Counted from the stretch's first letter, positions 21,029-30,868 are shown. The stretch: 45,179 nt of DNA from Elusimicrobiota bacterium (GCA_046153645.1 JBJXGI010000064.1:1-45179), one strand, 5' to 3'. Translations and numbers: made by a program. The notes: generated by a model from the letters alone, not told the origin.

Positions 21029-21940
21029 TTACTTCAATAAATGCGCGATCTCCAAAGCGTGGTATGAAATAATGAAATCAGCCCCTGCACGTTGAATAGA
21101 ATTTAATATTTCCATCGTCACCGGATGGTGATCCCCACTCGTCAACCATCCCATTTGCTCAGACGATTTAACCATCGCATATTCACCAGATACGTTATAC
21201 GCCACAACCGGAACTTTCACAATTTTTTTGGCCTGATAAATGATGTCCAAATACGAAAGCGCTGGCTTGACCATTACCATATGAGCCCCATCACGAATAT
21301 CTGTTTTTATTCTTTTTAACGCTTTTACTGTGTCGAGGGGGTTTAATTGATACGCGCGGCGATTACCAAATTGTGGGGCGGAACCTGCGGCTTCTCTAAA
21401 AGGGCCATAAAACGCACTGGCATATTTTGCTGAGTACGCCAAAATTTTTGTTTTATTAAGACCCGCTTTGTTTAGTGCTGTTCGAATGACTTTTACTCCA
21501 CCCGAGGTCATTCCTGAAGGAGCCACGAAATCAGCGCCCGCTGTTGCTTGAGACACCGCGGTTTGTGCGATCATCTTTAATGTTTGAGGAATATCGATAC
21601 CTTTTTTCGCGTTGAGCGCACCACAATGCCCGTGATCAGTATATTCACAAAAACATAAATCCGTCATCACGGTTAATTTAGGAAACTTAACTTTGATTTT
21701 ACGAACCGCCTGCTGAATAATTCCATTCGAATCATAAGCCTCAGAACCAAGCGCATCTTTCAATTGTGGGATTCCGAATAATAAAACGGAATTAAATTTT
21801 TGTTGAACTACCTGTTCTAATTCTAAAAGCAATTGATCAATAGAGAATTGATATTGACCCGGCATAGATAAAATGGGATTTCGAATGTTAAAACCATGAG
21901 TGACAAAAAAAGGAATAATGAAATTATTTCGTCTTAGCAT
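21029..21940 (-). CDS. hemB: Porphobilinogen synthase (Zn-type), N-terminally short
   Basis: CFCEYTDHGHC, YSAKYASAFYGPFR, MVKP, YNVSGEY. Confidence 0.95.
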   Translation of the reverse strand: MLRRNNFIIPFFVTHGFNIRNPILSMPGQYQFSIDQLLLELEQVVQQKFNSVLLFGIPQLKDALGSEAYDSNGIIQQAVRKIKVKFPKLTVMTDLCFCEYTDHGHCGALNAKKGIDIPQTLKMIAQTAVSQATAGADFVAPSGMTSGGVKVIRTALNKAGLNKTKILAYSAKYASAFYGPFREAAGSAPQFGNRRAYQLNPLDTVKALKRIKTDIRDGAHMVMVKPALSYLDIIYQAKKIVKVPVVAYNVSGEYAMVKSSEQMGWLTSGDHHPVTMEILNSIQRAGADFIISYHALEIAHLLK

Positions 21941-22739
21941 GTTCCGTAATTTTAACGGCACGGCGAAGGGGAAGCGATAAAGAAACCGTCTCCAGAAGAC
22001 CTGCAGTGAGAGCGCCTACATAATAAATCCACCACTGATTGGGAATATCAGCGAATAAATAGAGTAACCCGACGGACAACATAGATAATGAAAAAGCGAC
22101 GCACGCAAAACCCATTAAATACAATTTCTTGGGCATATTATCGTAAAGCATTTTCTTTTCGGTAGGATAATTAAACGCGTGCCATAAAACCAAAAAACCC
22201 GCACTAAACACCAACAACACCGGATTAATTAATCGAATAATAAATAAAATAGGCATGAGAGGGGATGTGGAACCTGCTTTAAACCAAATACCATCATAGG
22301 CAGACAAATCCCCCAACATAAAAATCATTTCACTTCCACCAATGGCTTTGGTATTGACCACAACGAAAATAGATGCCGCCACCAATCCAAAGCCAAATAA
22401 CACGCGAACCAATATTTTAGGGATGTTATTACTCCCCAATACCAAACTCATCATGGCCACCGTTACTGCTGGTGAAAAAAATCCCATCATTACAAACTCT
22501 CTTATATTATTAATGATGAGTGGCATCGGATGAGGGCCCAATAAAATTTGCAATGGCCGCGTGGCCAGATAAGCCCCTAGAATGAGAAAACCCCAATAGG
22601 CTCCATCATAAGTTAATTTACCCGTCACTAAAGTTCGCATGGGCCCAATATGCTTGACATAACGAGCCAAAGCAAAATAAACCATCCCAGAGAGAATAGG
22701 AATAACAACATTCATAAAAATATGGAGAAATTCAGACAT
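21924..22739 (-). CDS. 7-TM integral membrane protein (stand-alone sensor-like domain)
   Basis: About seven hydrophobic helices, no cytoplasmic output domain. Confidence 0.7.
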   Translation of the reverse strand: MSEFLHIFMNVVIPILSGMVYFALARYVKHIGPMRTLVTGKLTYDGAYWGFLILGAYLATRPLQILLGPHPMPLIINNIREFVMMGFFSPAVTVAMMSLVLGSNNIPKILVRVLFGFGLVAASIFVVVNTKAIGGSEMIFMLGDLSAYDGIWFKAGSTSPLMPILFIIRLINPVLLVFSAGFLVLWHAFNYPTEKKMLYDNMPKKLYLMGFACVAFSLSMLSVGLLYLFADIPNQWWIYYVGALTAGLLETVSLSLPLRRAVKITEHAKTK

Positions 22740-22776
22740 GATTTAAAAAAATCCGGCCTTTATATGCACAATCATT

Positions 22777-23463
22777 TTATTTGGAAACATTTAACTTAGT
22801 CACAATATCTATTATTTGACGAATATCTGTCAGTTCAAAATCAGCGCCTGCATCAGGCGTATTAAAATCATCTCCATATTTAGCAAAGGCCGTTTTCATT
22901 CCAAGACGTTTGGCACCAACAATGTCCCGCTCAGCCCAATCTCCAACCATAACGGCCTCCAGCGCTTGCACTTGAAGCCGATCCAATGCCAACTGAAAAG
23001 GGGCAGGATCAGGTTTCCTTTTTTTCGTGTCATCAAAAGAGACAACAGTATCTATAAAACCATCTAATCCCAAAGCAATGAGTCGCATCCAAGCGGGTAA
23101 ACTTGGCGCATCAGAAACAATTCCAACCTTAAGCCCCATTTTAATAAGTCGACTTAAAGTTAAACGGACGTGAGGATAAAGCACCATGGCCCCTTCTTTG
23201 GCTCTTCGATATCCCAAGGTTCCAGCGGCTAGAATTCGATAATCAACTTGTCCATATTCTTCTATAAGCATTTTATCGAACACATGTTGATCTTCAATCC
23301 CTTCACGGTCGTACATATTGAATATGCTCTTTACAATTTCTTCTTTGGTTTTATTAAACCCTGCATCTACCATAGCAGCTGCCGCCGCATCAATGGCAGT
23401 CCGTTTAACTTTCATAAAGTCAACAAGCGTATTATCAAGATCGAAAATGACAGCTTTAATCAT
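22777..23463 (-). CDS. HAD-superfamily hydrolase
   Basis: FDLDNTL, KPDP, VGD..ERD motifs. Confidence 0.93.
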   Translation of the reverse strand: MIKAVIFDLDNTLVDFMKVKRTAIDAAAAAMVDAGFNKTKEEIVKSIFNMYDREGIEDQHVFDKMLIEEYGQVDYRILAAGTLGYRRAKEGAMVLYPHVRLTLSRLIKMGLKVGIVSDAPSLPAWMRLIALGLDGFIDTVVSFDDTKKRKPDPAPFQLALDRLQVQALEAVMVGDWAERDIVGAKRLGMKTAFAKYGDDFNTPDAGADFELTDIRQIIDIVTKLNVSK

Positions 23464-23467
23464 GTGT

Positions 23468-24352
23468 TTATTGGATATATTTCCCAATGATAGGGGCTAA
23501 TTTTTTTTTCATAGCTGATGAGATCACCTGGGGTTGAGTGAAGATGGCTCCCCGTAAAGCGTCGGCTTGATCATTTTGAATAGATGAAATTTTTGGCAAA
23601 ATATGAGCAATTACTTTTTTAGCATTCTCGGCATTTTCCATTAAACATTCAATCACCATTTGAACGCTCACCTCATCGTCTTCTTTCCAACAATCATAAT
23701 CGGTCACCATGGCCATAAGAGCATAAGACATTTCGCACTCACGCGCTAATTTGGCTTCGGGAATAGCGGTCATTCCAATGACATCACAACCCATTTGACG
23801 ATGAAGGTGTGATTCTGCTCTTGTTGAAAAAGCGGGACCTTCCATACAAAGATAAGTTCCTTTATCACTGGCTTTTACTCCAACAGTACGAATAGAATCA
23901 AACAATAACCGCGATAACGTTTCTGAAAAAGGCCGAGCAAAAGAAATGTGAGCGACAATTCCATTCCCAAAAAAAGTAGAAGGTCGACCCTTCGTGCGAT
24001 CGATAATTTGATCGGGAACAATAAAATGACGAGGAGGTAATTCTTGTTTTAAAGATCCGCAAGCGGAAATACCAATAACATATTCTACTCCCAACATCTT
24101 AAGAGCGTAAAAATTAGCTTGTTGAGGAATTTCAGAGGGGAGATACCGGTGTCCTTTTCCATGACGAGGCAAAAAAGCGCACTGAACGCCGTTATAAGAA
24201 CCAATGGTAATCGGGTCAGATGGTTTTCCAAAAGGAGTGTTGGGAAAAAATTCTCGCAGAACTTTCATTCCTTCAATTTGATAAACACCACTTCCACCAA
24301 TGACGGCAATGGAGATTTTTTCCTGAGATTTTTTAGTCTTTTTGGATACCAT
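23468..24352 (-). CDS. mtnP: S-methyl-5'-thioadenosine phosphorylase
   Basis: IGGSG, TPFGKPSD, FLPRHG, EGPAFSTRAES, VTDYDCW. Confidence 0.94.
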   Translation of the reverse strand: MVSKKTKKSQEKISIAVIGGSGVYQIEGMKVLREFFPNTPFGKPSDPITIGSYNGVQCAFLPRHGKGHRYLPSEIPQQANFYALKMLGVEYVIGISACGSLKQELPPRHFIVPDQIIDRTKGRPSTFFGNGIVAHISFARPFSETLSRLLFDSIRTVGVKASDKGTYLCMEGPAFSTRAESHLHRQMGCDVIGMTAIPEAKLARECEMSYALMAMVTDYDCWKEDDEVSVQMVIECLMENAENAKKVIAHILPKISSIQNDQADALRGAIFTQPQVISSAMKKKLAPIIGKYIQ

Positions 24353-24420
24353 GAAATCCTCCCTGAAATGAGTGGGAAGATTTTAGCAATTCGAGAAGAC
24401 AATCTTGTAGGCGATTGCTT

Positions 24421-25791
24421 TTATGCTGCTTTTTGTTGGTTTTTGTTTCGAGGAATGAGAAAAGTAAAAGTGGCTCCTTGCCCTTTTTCTGACTGAACCA
24501 TAATTTGACCACCATGCATATTGACGATGCCACGAGAAATGGCAAGCCCCAAACCGGCTCCTCCGGTGGATCTTCGGATCGAAGCATCGGCCTGATAGAA
24601 CATATCGAAAACTTTTTCTTGTTCTGGTTTTGATAAACCTGGCCCATTATCTTTTACTGAAACTTGAACACAATCACCTTTTTCTTCAGCAAAAACTTCT
24701 ATGTGACCATTCCGATCGGTAAATTTAATGGAATTAGAAATAAGATTATCTACCACTTGTTGAATGCGACTTGCGTCTGCCCACACCAAAGGTAAAACTC
24801 CTTTAATATCTAAATCTAATACCATGCCCTTTGCATCAGCAGTGGCACGAAGCCCCTCAACACTTGTTTCTAAAATCTGATCAATAGCACATTCGCCCAT
24901 TTCTAAATTCATGCGGCCCGCTTCTATGCGAGAAATATCTAACAAATCAGAAATAATAAGATTCAACCGATGGGCTGATTGTTTAGCAATTCCTAAAAAC
25001 TTTTTTTGATGGACATTGACCGGACACGCTTCCTCGTCTAATAAAACCGCCAGAAAACCTGTTAAAGAAGTTAAAGGCGTTCTGAGTTCGTGACTGACGA
25101 TTGACAAAAATTCATCTTTTGCTTTATTGGCATTGGTTAATTCTTGGACTCGTTTTTGTAGTTCTTTATAAAGGGTTTTCAATTCACGAACACGATCAAT
25201 TAATATGTGATTGGTTTGTTCTAATTCTCTTGTCGTGGCATCAACTTCCGCTTTCAAACGACGTTCATTATTCTTCGCTTGTTTCTCTTGTTTTCCTAAT
25301 TCCCAGCAAATCGCTATCAATTCCGCCAGTGATTCAAGCGGTTGAACGAAATCACGACTCTTCGATTCTCTTTTAGAAACAGCCAGCGACAAAATTCCGA
25401 GAAAATCGTCTTGATATCGAATTGGCAAATGCATAAGACCATCATACGTGGCAAGAGGTGATTGTAATGATTCAAATGAACAAGGATCGAACTCAGGAAT
25501 GCCGGAAACCAAAACTCTCTTCAGAGCGGACTGATGAACAGGATCTTCAGGCGAATAAAATATCTCTACCATGCCACGTTCGGATAATTTTGAAAGGGCA
25601 GAACCACTGTTGTGTTTCCATAAACAACAGGGTCTTTCTCCAAGATAAGCATGAATTACGTCGAGCGCACTTGAAGCGATAGAAATTTCTTCATTTCCAT
25701 GCCTCTCCCAAGATTGAATAAACCCAAGCAAAACTTCTGTTACAAGAACTTGTTTTGATTTCTTGCCAAGAAAAGAATACATTGGGTTCAT
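24421..25791 (-). CDS. Soluble sensor histidine kinase (GAF-like, coiled coil, HisKA, HATPase)
   Basis: SHELRTPL H-box, NLISNSIKF, DNGPG, GAGLGL; no TM segment; GGAGG RBS before ATG 25791. Confidence 0.93.
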   Translation of the reverse strand: MNPMYSFLGKKSKQVLVTEVLLGFIQSWERHGNEEISIASSALDVIHAYLGERPCCLWKHNSGSALSKLSERGMVEIFYSPEDPVHQSALKRVLVSGIPEFDPCSFESLQSPLATYDGLMHLPIRYQDDFLGILSLAVSKRESKSRDFVQPLESLAELIAICWELGKQEKQAKNNERRLKAEVDATTRELEQTNHILIDRVRELKTLYKELQKRVQELTNANKAKDEFLSIVSHELRTPLTSLTGFLAVLLDEEACPVNVHQKKFLGIAKQSAHRLNLIISDLLDISRIEAGRMNLEMGECAIDQILETSVEGLRATADAKGMVLDLDIKGVLPLVWADASRIQQVVDNLISNSIKFTDRNGHIEVFAEEKGDCVQVSVKDNGPGLSKPEQEKVFDMFYQADASIRRSTGGAGLGLAISRGIVNMHGGQIMVQSEKGQGATFTFLIPRNKNQQKAA

Positions 25792-25798
25792 GCCTCCG

Positions 25799-27505
25799 TT
25801 ATTTCGTTCGAACCAACGCAATATCTAAGGAAAGATTTAAATATCGATAGTCTTTATCAATTTCAAGCCAATTAACAATCTGTAAAGAAATACCTTGCAC
25901 GTCCAAAGTAATATTTAATAAATCATAAAAATCTTGCTCACGAACACTGGCCCCGAGAGGAGGACCAATAACAATCGCCACAGCCGCATGATTATCTTTA
26001 CAAGCATCAACAAAGGCCGCGTAATTAATTTTTCCCTTAAATATATAGGGATGATGAGACATGCGTTTTAATCTAAATTTAAGTTTGTGTTTACGAATAA
26101 CCTCTTGAAATTTTTGATGAGCGATATCGGATTGATTCTGATGCCCATCAGGGTAGAAAAAGACGGCACTCACTTCTTTGATACCAGGAATAACTTCACC
26201 CTCTTCTGTCAAAGGTTGCAATTCAGGAACAATAACCGTTGCTTCTACCTTGGGTGGCTCTTTGGGTGTGGGCGCTGCCTTTGCCTGTAAAACAGGTTCT
26301 TGGATAACCTCAACTTTAGGAATGACCACTGGTTTAACTGGTTCAATAGTTTGAACAGGTTCTTCTATTTCCATTTCCATATTGTCTTCGATGGGAATTG
26401 TTGTAGGCATTTCAATCATTTCTGGCGTTGGCATTTCTTCCATTACCGGTTCTGGATAAATAACTTTTTTTTCTGCCTTTTTTTCATCTGCCATGTCTAT
26501 AGCCATGGAATCTAAAACTGTGTCGAAAGAAACATCCTCGGATGAATTTACTACAGGATCAGGAAATGAAGCAGGCAAATCTGAGAATTCCTGAAGAACA
26601 GCGTTCTCCTTATGACCATTGCTACCGAAAGAAATAACAGGCGAAGGTAATACCGGAATAATTTCTTCATCTTTTACTTCCACTTTCTCAGCGGCAACTT
26701 CTACAGGAGGCAAGAGAGGCTCTGGTAACGGAACCTCTTCTGTAATCGGCTCAGGCGTTCCAAAAGGAGAAATTTCTTTTACAACAGATTGAACCAATTC
26801 CAGGGAAATTTTCTGTCGAGAGAGAGTGACATAAGCATGAATTCGTTTTAAGAAACCTTCTAATTCTCTGACACTGGATCTTAATACTTGTGCCGCATAT
26901 TGAAGCATTTCATCCGGAATCTCAATGCCTTGTGACATTTGTTTCTTTTTCAAAATTTTAAAACGTGTTGAATAATCCGGAGTTTTGACATCGGTTGCCA
27001 ATCCCCACTCCATTCTACTCCTCACATTTTTAGTTAACGTACTTAAAAGATTAGGCGGTGAGTCTGCAGCAAAAATAATTTGTTTATTATCATGGTGCAA
27101 ATTATTAAAAATGTGAAACATTTCTTCTTGCGCAATTTTAGATTCAGCCAAGTATTGGACATCATCTAAAATAAGAATATCTAGTTGGCAATAACTTCGA
27201 CGAAGCTCTAAAACCCTATCTTCACTTAAAGCCATCACCACATCACTAATAAATCGCTCGGCTGAAACATATTTCACCTTCGAATGAGGGTTCATTCTTA
27301 AGATCTCCTGCGCGGCAGCTTGAATGAGATGAGTTTTCCCAACTCCTGAAGGGCCGTAAATATAAAGAGGGTTATAAGCGTCTCCGGGTTTTTCTATAAC
27401 CGCACGACAGGCCGCTGCTGCCACATGATTATTAGGCCCAATGACCAATTGGTCAAAAGAATAACCAGCTTTTAAGCCCGCGGTCGAAAAATCTGATTTA
27501 TTCAC
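25799..27505 (-). CDS. DnaA/Hda-family AAA+ paralog fused to an acidic linker and an unknown C-terminal domain
   Basis: YNPLYIYGPSGVGKTHL, ILDDVQ, QEEMFHIFN, RSRMEWGL, SVRELEG; no domain I/II and no domain IV HTH. Confidence 0.88.
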   Translation of the reverse strand: MNKSDFSTAGLKAGYSFDQLVIGPNNHVAAAACRAVIEKPGDAYNPLYIYGPSGVGKTHLIQAAAQEILRMNPHSKVKYVSAERFISDVVMALSEDRVLELRRSYCQLDILILDDVQYLAESKIAQEEMFHIFNNLHHDNKQIIFAADSPPNLLSTLTKNVRSRMEWGLATDVKTPDYSTRFKILKKKQMSQGIEIPDEMLQYAAQVLRSSVRELEGFLKRIHAYVTLSRQKISLELVQSVVKEISPFGTPEPITEEVPLPEPLLPPVEVAAEKVEVKDEEIIPVLPSPVISFGSNGHKENAVLQEFSDLPASFPDPVVNSSEDVSFDTVLDSMAIDMADEKKAEKKVIYPEPVMEEMPTPEMIEMPTTIPIEDNMEMEIEEPVQTIEPVKPVVIPKVEVIQEPVLQAKAAPTPKEPPKVEATVIVPELQPLTEEGEVIPGIKEVSAVFFYPDGHQNQSDIAHQKFQEVIRKHKLKFRLKRMSHHPYIFKGKINYAAFVDACKDNHAAVAIVIGPPLGASVREQDFYDLLNITLDVQGISLQIVNWLEIDKDYRYLNLSLDIALVRTK

Positions 27506-28668
27506 AACACTTGCCCTCTGTTTAACTTAATAAGAATATCGGCATATAATGTTTTCAGAGGAATCTGTTCAATTAACACCAATCGAGAACCGATACCATT
27601 GGCAGGAATTTTTCTCATCAAAGATTTCATGGTTTCTTGCTCAGACTTCGAGCACAAAACAAACATAAAGTCGGCGCCCGAAACCTCAGCAGACTTTGCC
27701 CACACCATCGGATCTAAACTACCTGCAGACCAAGGCTCAATAAACACGGGTTGAACTTCTTTTGATAATTTTTCCGCCGCTTCTCTTAAACGCGAAATAA
27801 AGCTTTGTCCGTTTTTTTCTTGCCCTTCAGGGTAAACGCAAGCCACCTGAATAAGATTTTCCGGCTTTAAACTCTGAGCGGAATATTCAGGCTCATCCTC
27901 AAAGAAACTTTCTTCCTTTTTTGGTTTTTCAAACAATGTCCCAGGAATCGGAAATTCTGAATTGCTTTCCAATGCAGGCATTGCAGCAACCTCGACATTT
28001 AATGCATCAACAGGTGGATAGTTTTTAAGAGGTGCAACGTCATGAGTTTCATCAGAAATAGGTGACATGGGAAAGTCAGGCATATCTGGGTCTGATGCTG
28101 CAATGAAAGTGGCCGAACCATTCCCATTTTCTTTTACAATGGGGGCTGGGGGTGTATTTAATTCCACCAAAGAATCTACAGAAGGCGGTGGGGGTGGTGA
28201 AAGTTCAATTATTTCTCTTATCCCTGGAGGAACATCAGACAAATCAAAAGTACTTTTAGGCTCAGGTTCAGAAGACATATTAACAGGCGTTTCAAACTCA
28301 GAAAAATCAGGAATGTCAGATAGAGCCGGAGTATTAGCCACAGGATCAATAAAAGGTTTTTTATCCATGAGCGGATTGGCCGCCAACGGTGGAGATGACA
28401 GCGGTGTCACAGGTTTTTCAGCTTCACTAGGCCAGCCTAAAACATTTCCATCCCAAAACTCTTTATCTTCGGGAAGTTGTGCTGAAGGCACATGAGGCAC
28501 TTTTTCTGGAATGACAGAATGACCATTTTGAGCTGGGGATTGTGGATTTTTACCAAGGTCAGCCATGACTTGTTTCAATTCTTCAACAACACGTGAAAAA
28601 TCAGTCATGGGTTTCTCATTAAGTTTATTCAATTTAAGTGAATCTGATGATGATTGATCGTTTTCCAT
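27502..28668 (-). CDS. Pro/Asp/Glu/Ser-rich disordered protein with C-terminal alpha/beta domain
   Basis: About 270 aa of low complexity, then IQVACVYPEG... resembling the C-terminus of the downstream DnaA paralog. Confidence 0.75.
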   Translation of the reverse strand: MENDQSSSDSLKLNKLNEKPMTDFSRVVEELKQVMADLGKNPQSPAQNGHSVIPEKVPHVPSAQLPEDKEFWDGNVLGWPSEAEKPVTPLSSPPLAANPLMDKKPFIDPVANTPALSDIPDFSEFETPVNMSSEPEPKSTFDLSDVPPGIREIIELSPPPPPSVDSLVELNTPPAPIVKENGNGSATFIAASDPDMPDFPMSPISDETHDVAPLKNYPPVDALNVEVAAMPALESNSEFPIPGTLFEKPKKEESFFEDEPEYSAQSLKPENLIQVACVYPEGQEKNGQSFISRLREAAEKLSKEVQPVFIEPWSAGSLDPMVWAKSAEVSGADFMFVLCSKSEQETMKSLMRKIPANGIGSRLVLIEQIPLKTLYADILIKLNRGQVL

Positions 28669-28861
28669 GTTCTTTGTTTAATACTTCTCCAAATATAAAA
28701 ATAGACCACTAAATTGATGTGAATCGGCCCTGCCATGCACTGTTTATAATATGCCCATAAGAATCAGATGTTTCAAGGACTTCTTAAATATCCATAAAAT
28801 AAAAACGTATTGATTTTTAAAGTCAAATTTTCAATAGCAGCATGAACAATCGAATAAGAAC

Positions 28862-29326
28862 CTATTTCGATTCTAACTTTCTGATTTTACCGATTCGTCT
28901 CTCATGCCGACCGCTGATTTCCCACGGAGTACTCAACCAAGTTTTAACCATTTTTTTAATGACAGAAAGCTTGTGAAACCGACTTCCCACGCACAAAATA
29001 TTGGCCCAATTATGCTGAGAAGCCAATTGAGCCGTATCAACAGACCAAACAACTGCAGCTCTCGCACCTTTTATTTTATTAGCAGCGATAGACATCCCAA
29101 TTCCCGTGCCACACATTAAAATTCCTCGATCACATTTTTTAGATGCAACCGCACGAGCGACTTTCGAAGAAATATCAGGATAATCACATGATTCTTGAGA
29201 ATCGGTTCCAAAATCGACAATTTTATGACCTTCGAGTTTAAGAAAATTTATTAACTTATCTTTCATCTCAAAACCCGCATGATCAACACCCAAAGCAATT
29301 TTTAAGGATTTCATATTAACTTTCAT
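28862..29326 (-). CDS. rpiB: Ribose-5-phosphate isomerase B
   Basis: DHAG, DYPD, CGTGIG, HNWAN, GRHERR. Confidence 0.96.
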   Translation of the reverse strand: MKVNMKSLKIALGVDHAGFEMKDKLINFLKLEGHKIVDFGTDSQESCDYPDISSKVARAVASKKCDRGILMCGTGIGMSIAANKIKGARAAVVWSVDTAQLASQHNWANILCVGSRFHKLSVIKKMVKTWLSTPWEISGRHERRIGKIRKLESK

Positions 29327-30121
29327 TTATCGGCCAACACTATTGGCTTTCTCAAAGGTAACAAGTTTTAAAAATGAATCGGCTTTCAAACTTGCTCCTC
29401 CCACCAATCCTCCATCGATATCTTCACAACTCATAAGCTCTGAAACATTTTCTGGTTTGACCGATCCACCATAAAGAATACGAACAGATAGAGAAGTTAA
29501 GGATCCATATTGATCTTTTAAAATATCACGAATGGCCAAATGAACTTCTTGCGCTTGGGCGAGAGTTGCGGTTTTACCAGTTCCTATTGCCCAAACTGGC
29601 TCATAGGCAATGACCATCTTTTTTGTATCTGTAGAAGGTATTCCATTAAAAGCCGCTTTCACTTGTTTACTGACGATAGATAAAGTTTGACCAGCTTCTC
29701 TTTCTTGTAAAGTTTCTCCGACACAGACAATTGGAATTAAGCCATTATTAAGAGCAGCTATAATTTTTTTATTGATGTGAATATCAGATTCACCAAATAT
29801 CTGACGACGTTCGGAATGGCCCAAAATCACATATTTACATCCCAAAGAAGTTAACATGCCCGCTGAAATTTCCCCTGTGAATGCGCCTTCACTATTTTCA
29901 TTCATATTTTGTGCGCCCCACATAACAGGGGTCCCCTTTAAAAATTGTGATAAAGATGCCAAAGAAGTCGATGGCGGACAAATAACAACCTCACAAGAAA
30001 CTGTTGATGGGAAATTGCTTAAAAACTCTTTAACAAAACTTTCAGTTTCGGCAATATTTTTATTCATCTTCCAATTAGCAACCATCAAAGATTGACGGGA
30101 TGAAGGGGACGACTGGGACAT
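29327..30121 (-). CDS. tpiA: Triosephosphate isomerase
   Basis: NWKMN, GHSERR, AYEPVWAIGTG, YGGSV, LVGGASL. Confidence 0.98.
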   Translation of the reverse strand: MSQSSPSSRQSLMVANWKMNKNIAETESFVKEFLSNFPSTVSCEVVICPPSTSLASLSQFLKGTPVMWGAQNMNENSEGAFTGEISAGMLTSLGCKYVILGHSERRQIFGESDIHINKKIIAALNNGLIPIVCVGETLQEREAGQTLSIVSKQVKAAFNGIPSTDTKKMVIAYEPVWAIGTGKTATLAQAQEVHLAIRDILKDQYGSLTSLSVRILYGGSVKPENVSELMSCEDIDGGLVGGASLKADSFLKLVTFEKANSVGR

Positions 30122-30124
30122 AAT

Positions 30125-30868
30125 TTATTCTCCTAATGAAAATTCCACAATACGTGGGGTTACAAAAACGATAATCGATGTTTTTCTGCGTTCTTCTCTT
30201 TTCCAACGAAATAAAAATCCCAATAAGGGAATTTTTCTTAATATTGGGACACCTCGATTAACAAGGGTCTTTTGAGTCTGAACCAATCCAGCTAAAGTCA
30301 TGGTTGTTCCAGGAGCCACTGTTACTTGCGAAGTTACCTCTCGCTCCAAGAGACCTGGAACACTATTCCCAGAAAGCGAAACAGTATTTGACGAGTCTGG
30401 CGCACTCACACTGGCTTTAACCTGCATATTAATTTGACCATCTTCAGTAAGAACTGGTTTAATTTCAAGACCAACACCAAATGGTTTGAATTCCACATTC
30501 GAAGTACCCAAGGAATTACTCGTGATATAAGGAATCTCTCCTCCCGCACGAAAAGTCGCTTGTGACCCTGAATTGGTCACCAAATTAGGGTTCGCTAATA
30601 ACTCAGCGGCTCCTTCTTGAACCAAAAAATCCACATCACCTCTCAGCGCTGTTAATCGGTCGATAGAATTCAAAGCCAAGAGTTTAACAGGTTGCGATTC
30701 TTCAAAACCAATTCTATGAAACCAATCAATGCCCAACTGAGCGGCTTTCACCTGATCAATCTCGCTGACTTCAACTCTAATTTCAATGGGGATATTTTCC
30801 TGCGCTATCAAACTTTTAATGGGATAAATCAGGCTCCAAATGAATAAATAAAAAATAATATTTTTCAT
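30125..30868 (-). CDS. Short secretin (RcpA/CpaC-like)
   Basis: LLANPNL...SGSQATFRAGGEIP, EFKPFG, VPILRKIPLLGFLF, IVFVTPRIV. Confidence 0.88.
   Translation of the reverse strand: MKNIIFYLFIWSLIYPIKSLIAQENIPIEIRVEVSEIDQVKAAQLGIDWFHRIGFEESQPVKLLALNSIDRLTALRGDVDFLVQEGAAELLANPNLVTNSGSQATFRAGGEIPYITSNSLGTSNVEFKPFGVGLEIKPVLTEDGQINMQVKASVSAPDSSNTVSLSGNSVPGLLEREVTSQVTVAPGTTMTLAGLVQTQKTLVNRGVPILRKIPLLGFLFRWKREERRKTSIIVFVTPRIVEFSLGE

Noticed and set aside
25799..27505. Canonical dnaA with adjacent oriC
   Set aside because: Domains I and IV are absent, no dnaN nearby, and only 2-mismatch DnaA-box-like words in 28669-28861
28067..28495. 142-aa Gly/Ser-rich + strand ORF
   Set aside because: Antisense shadow of the Pro/Ser-rich gene
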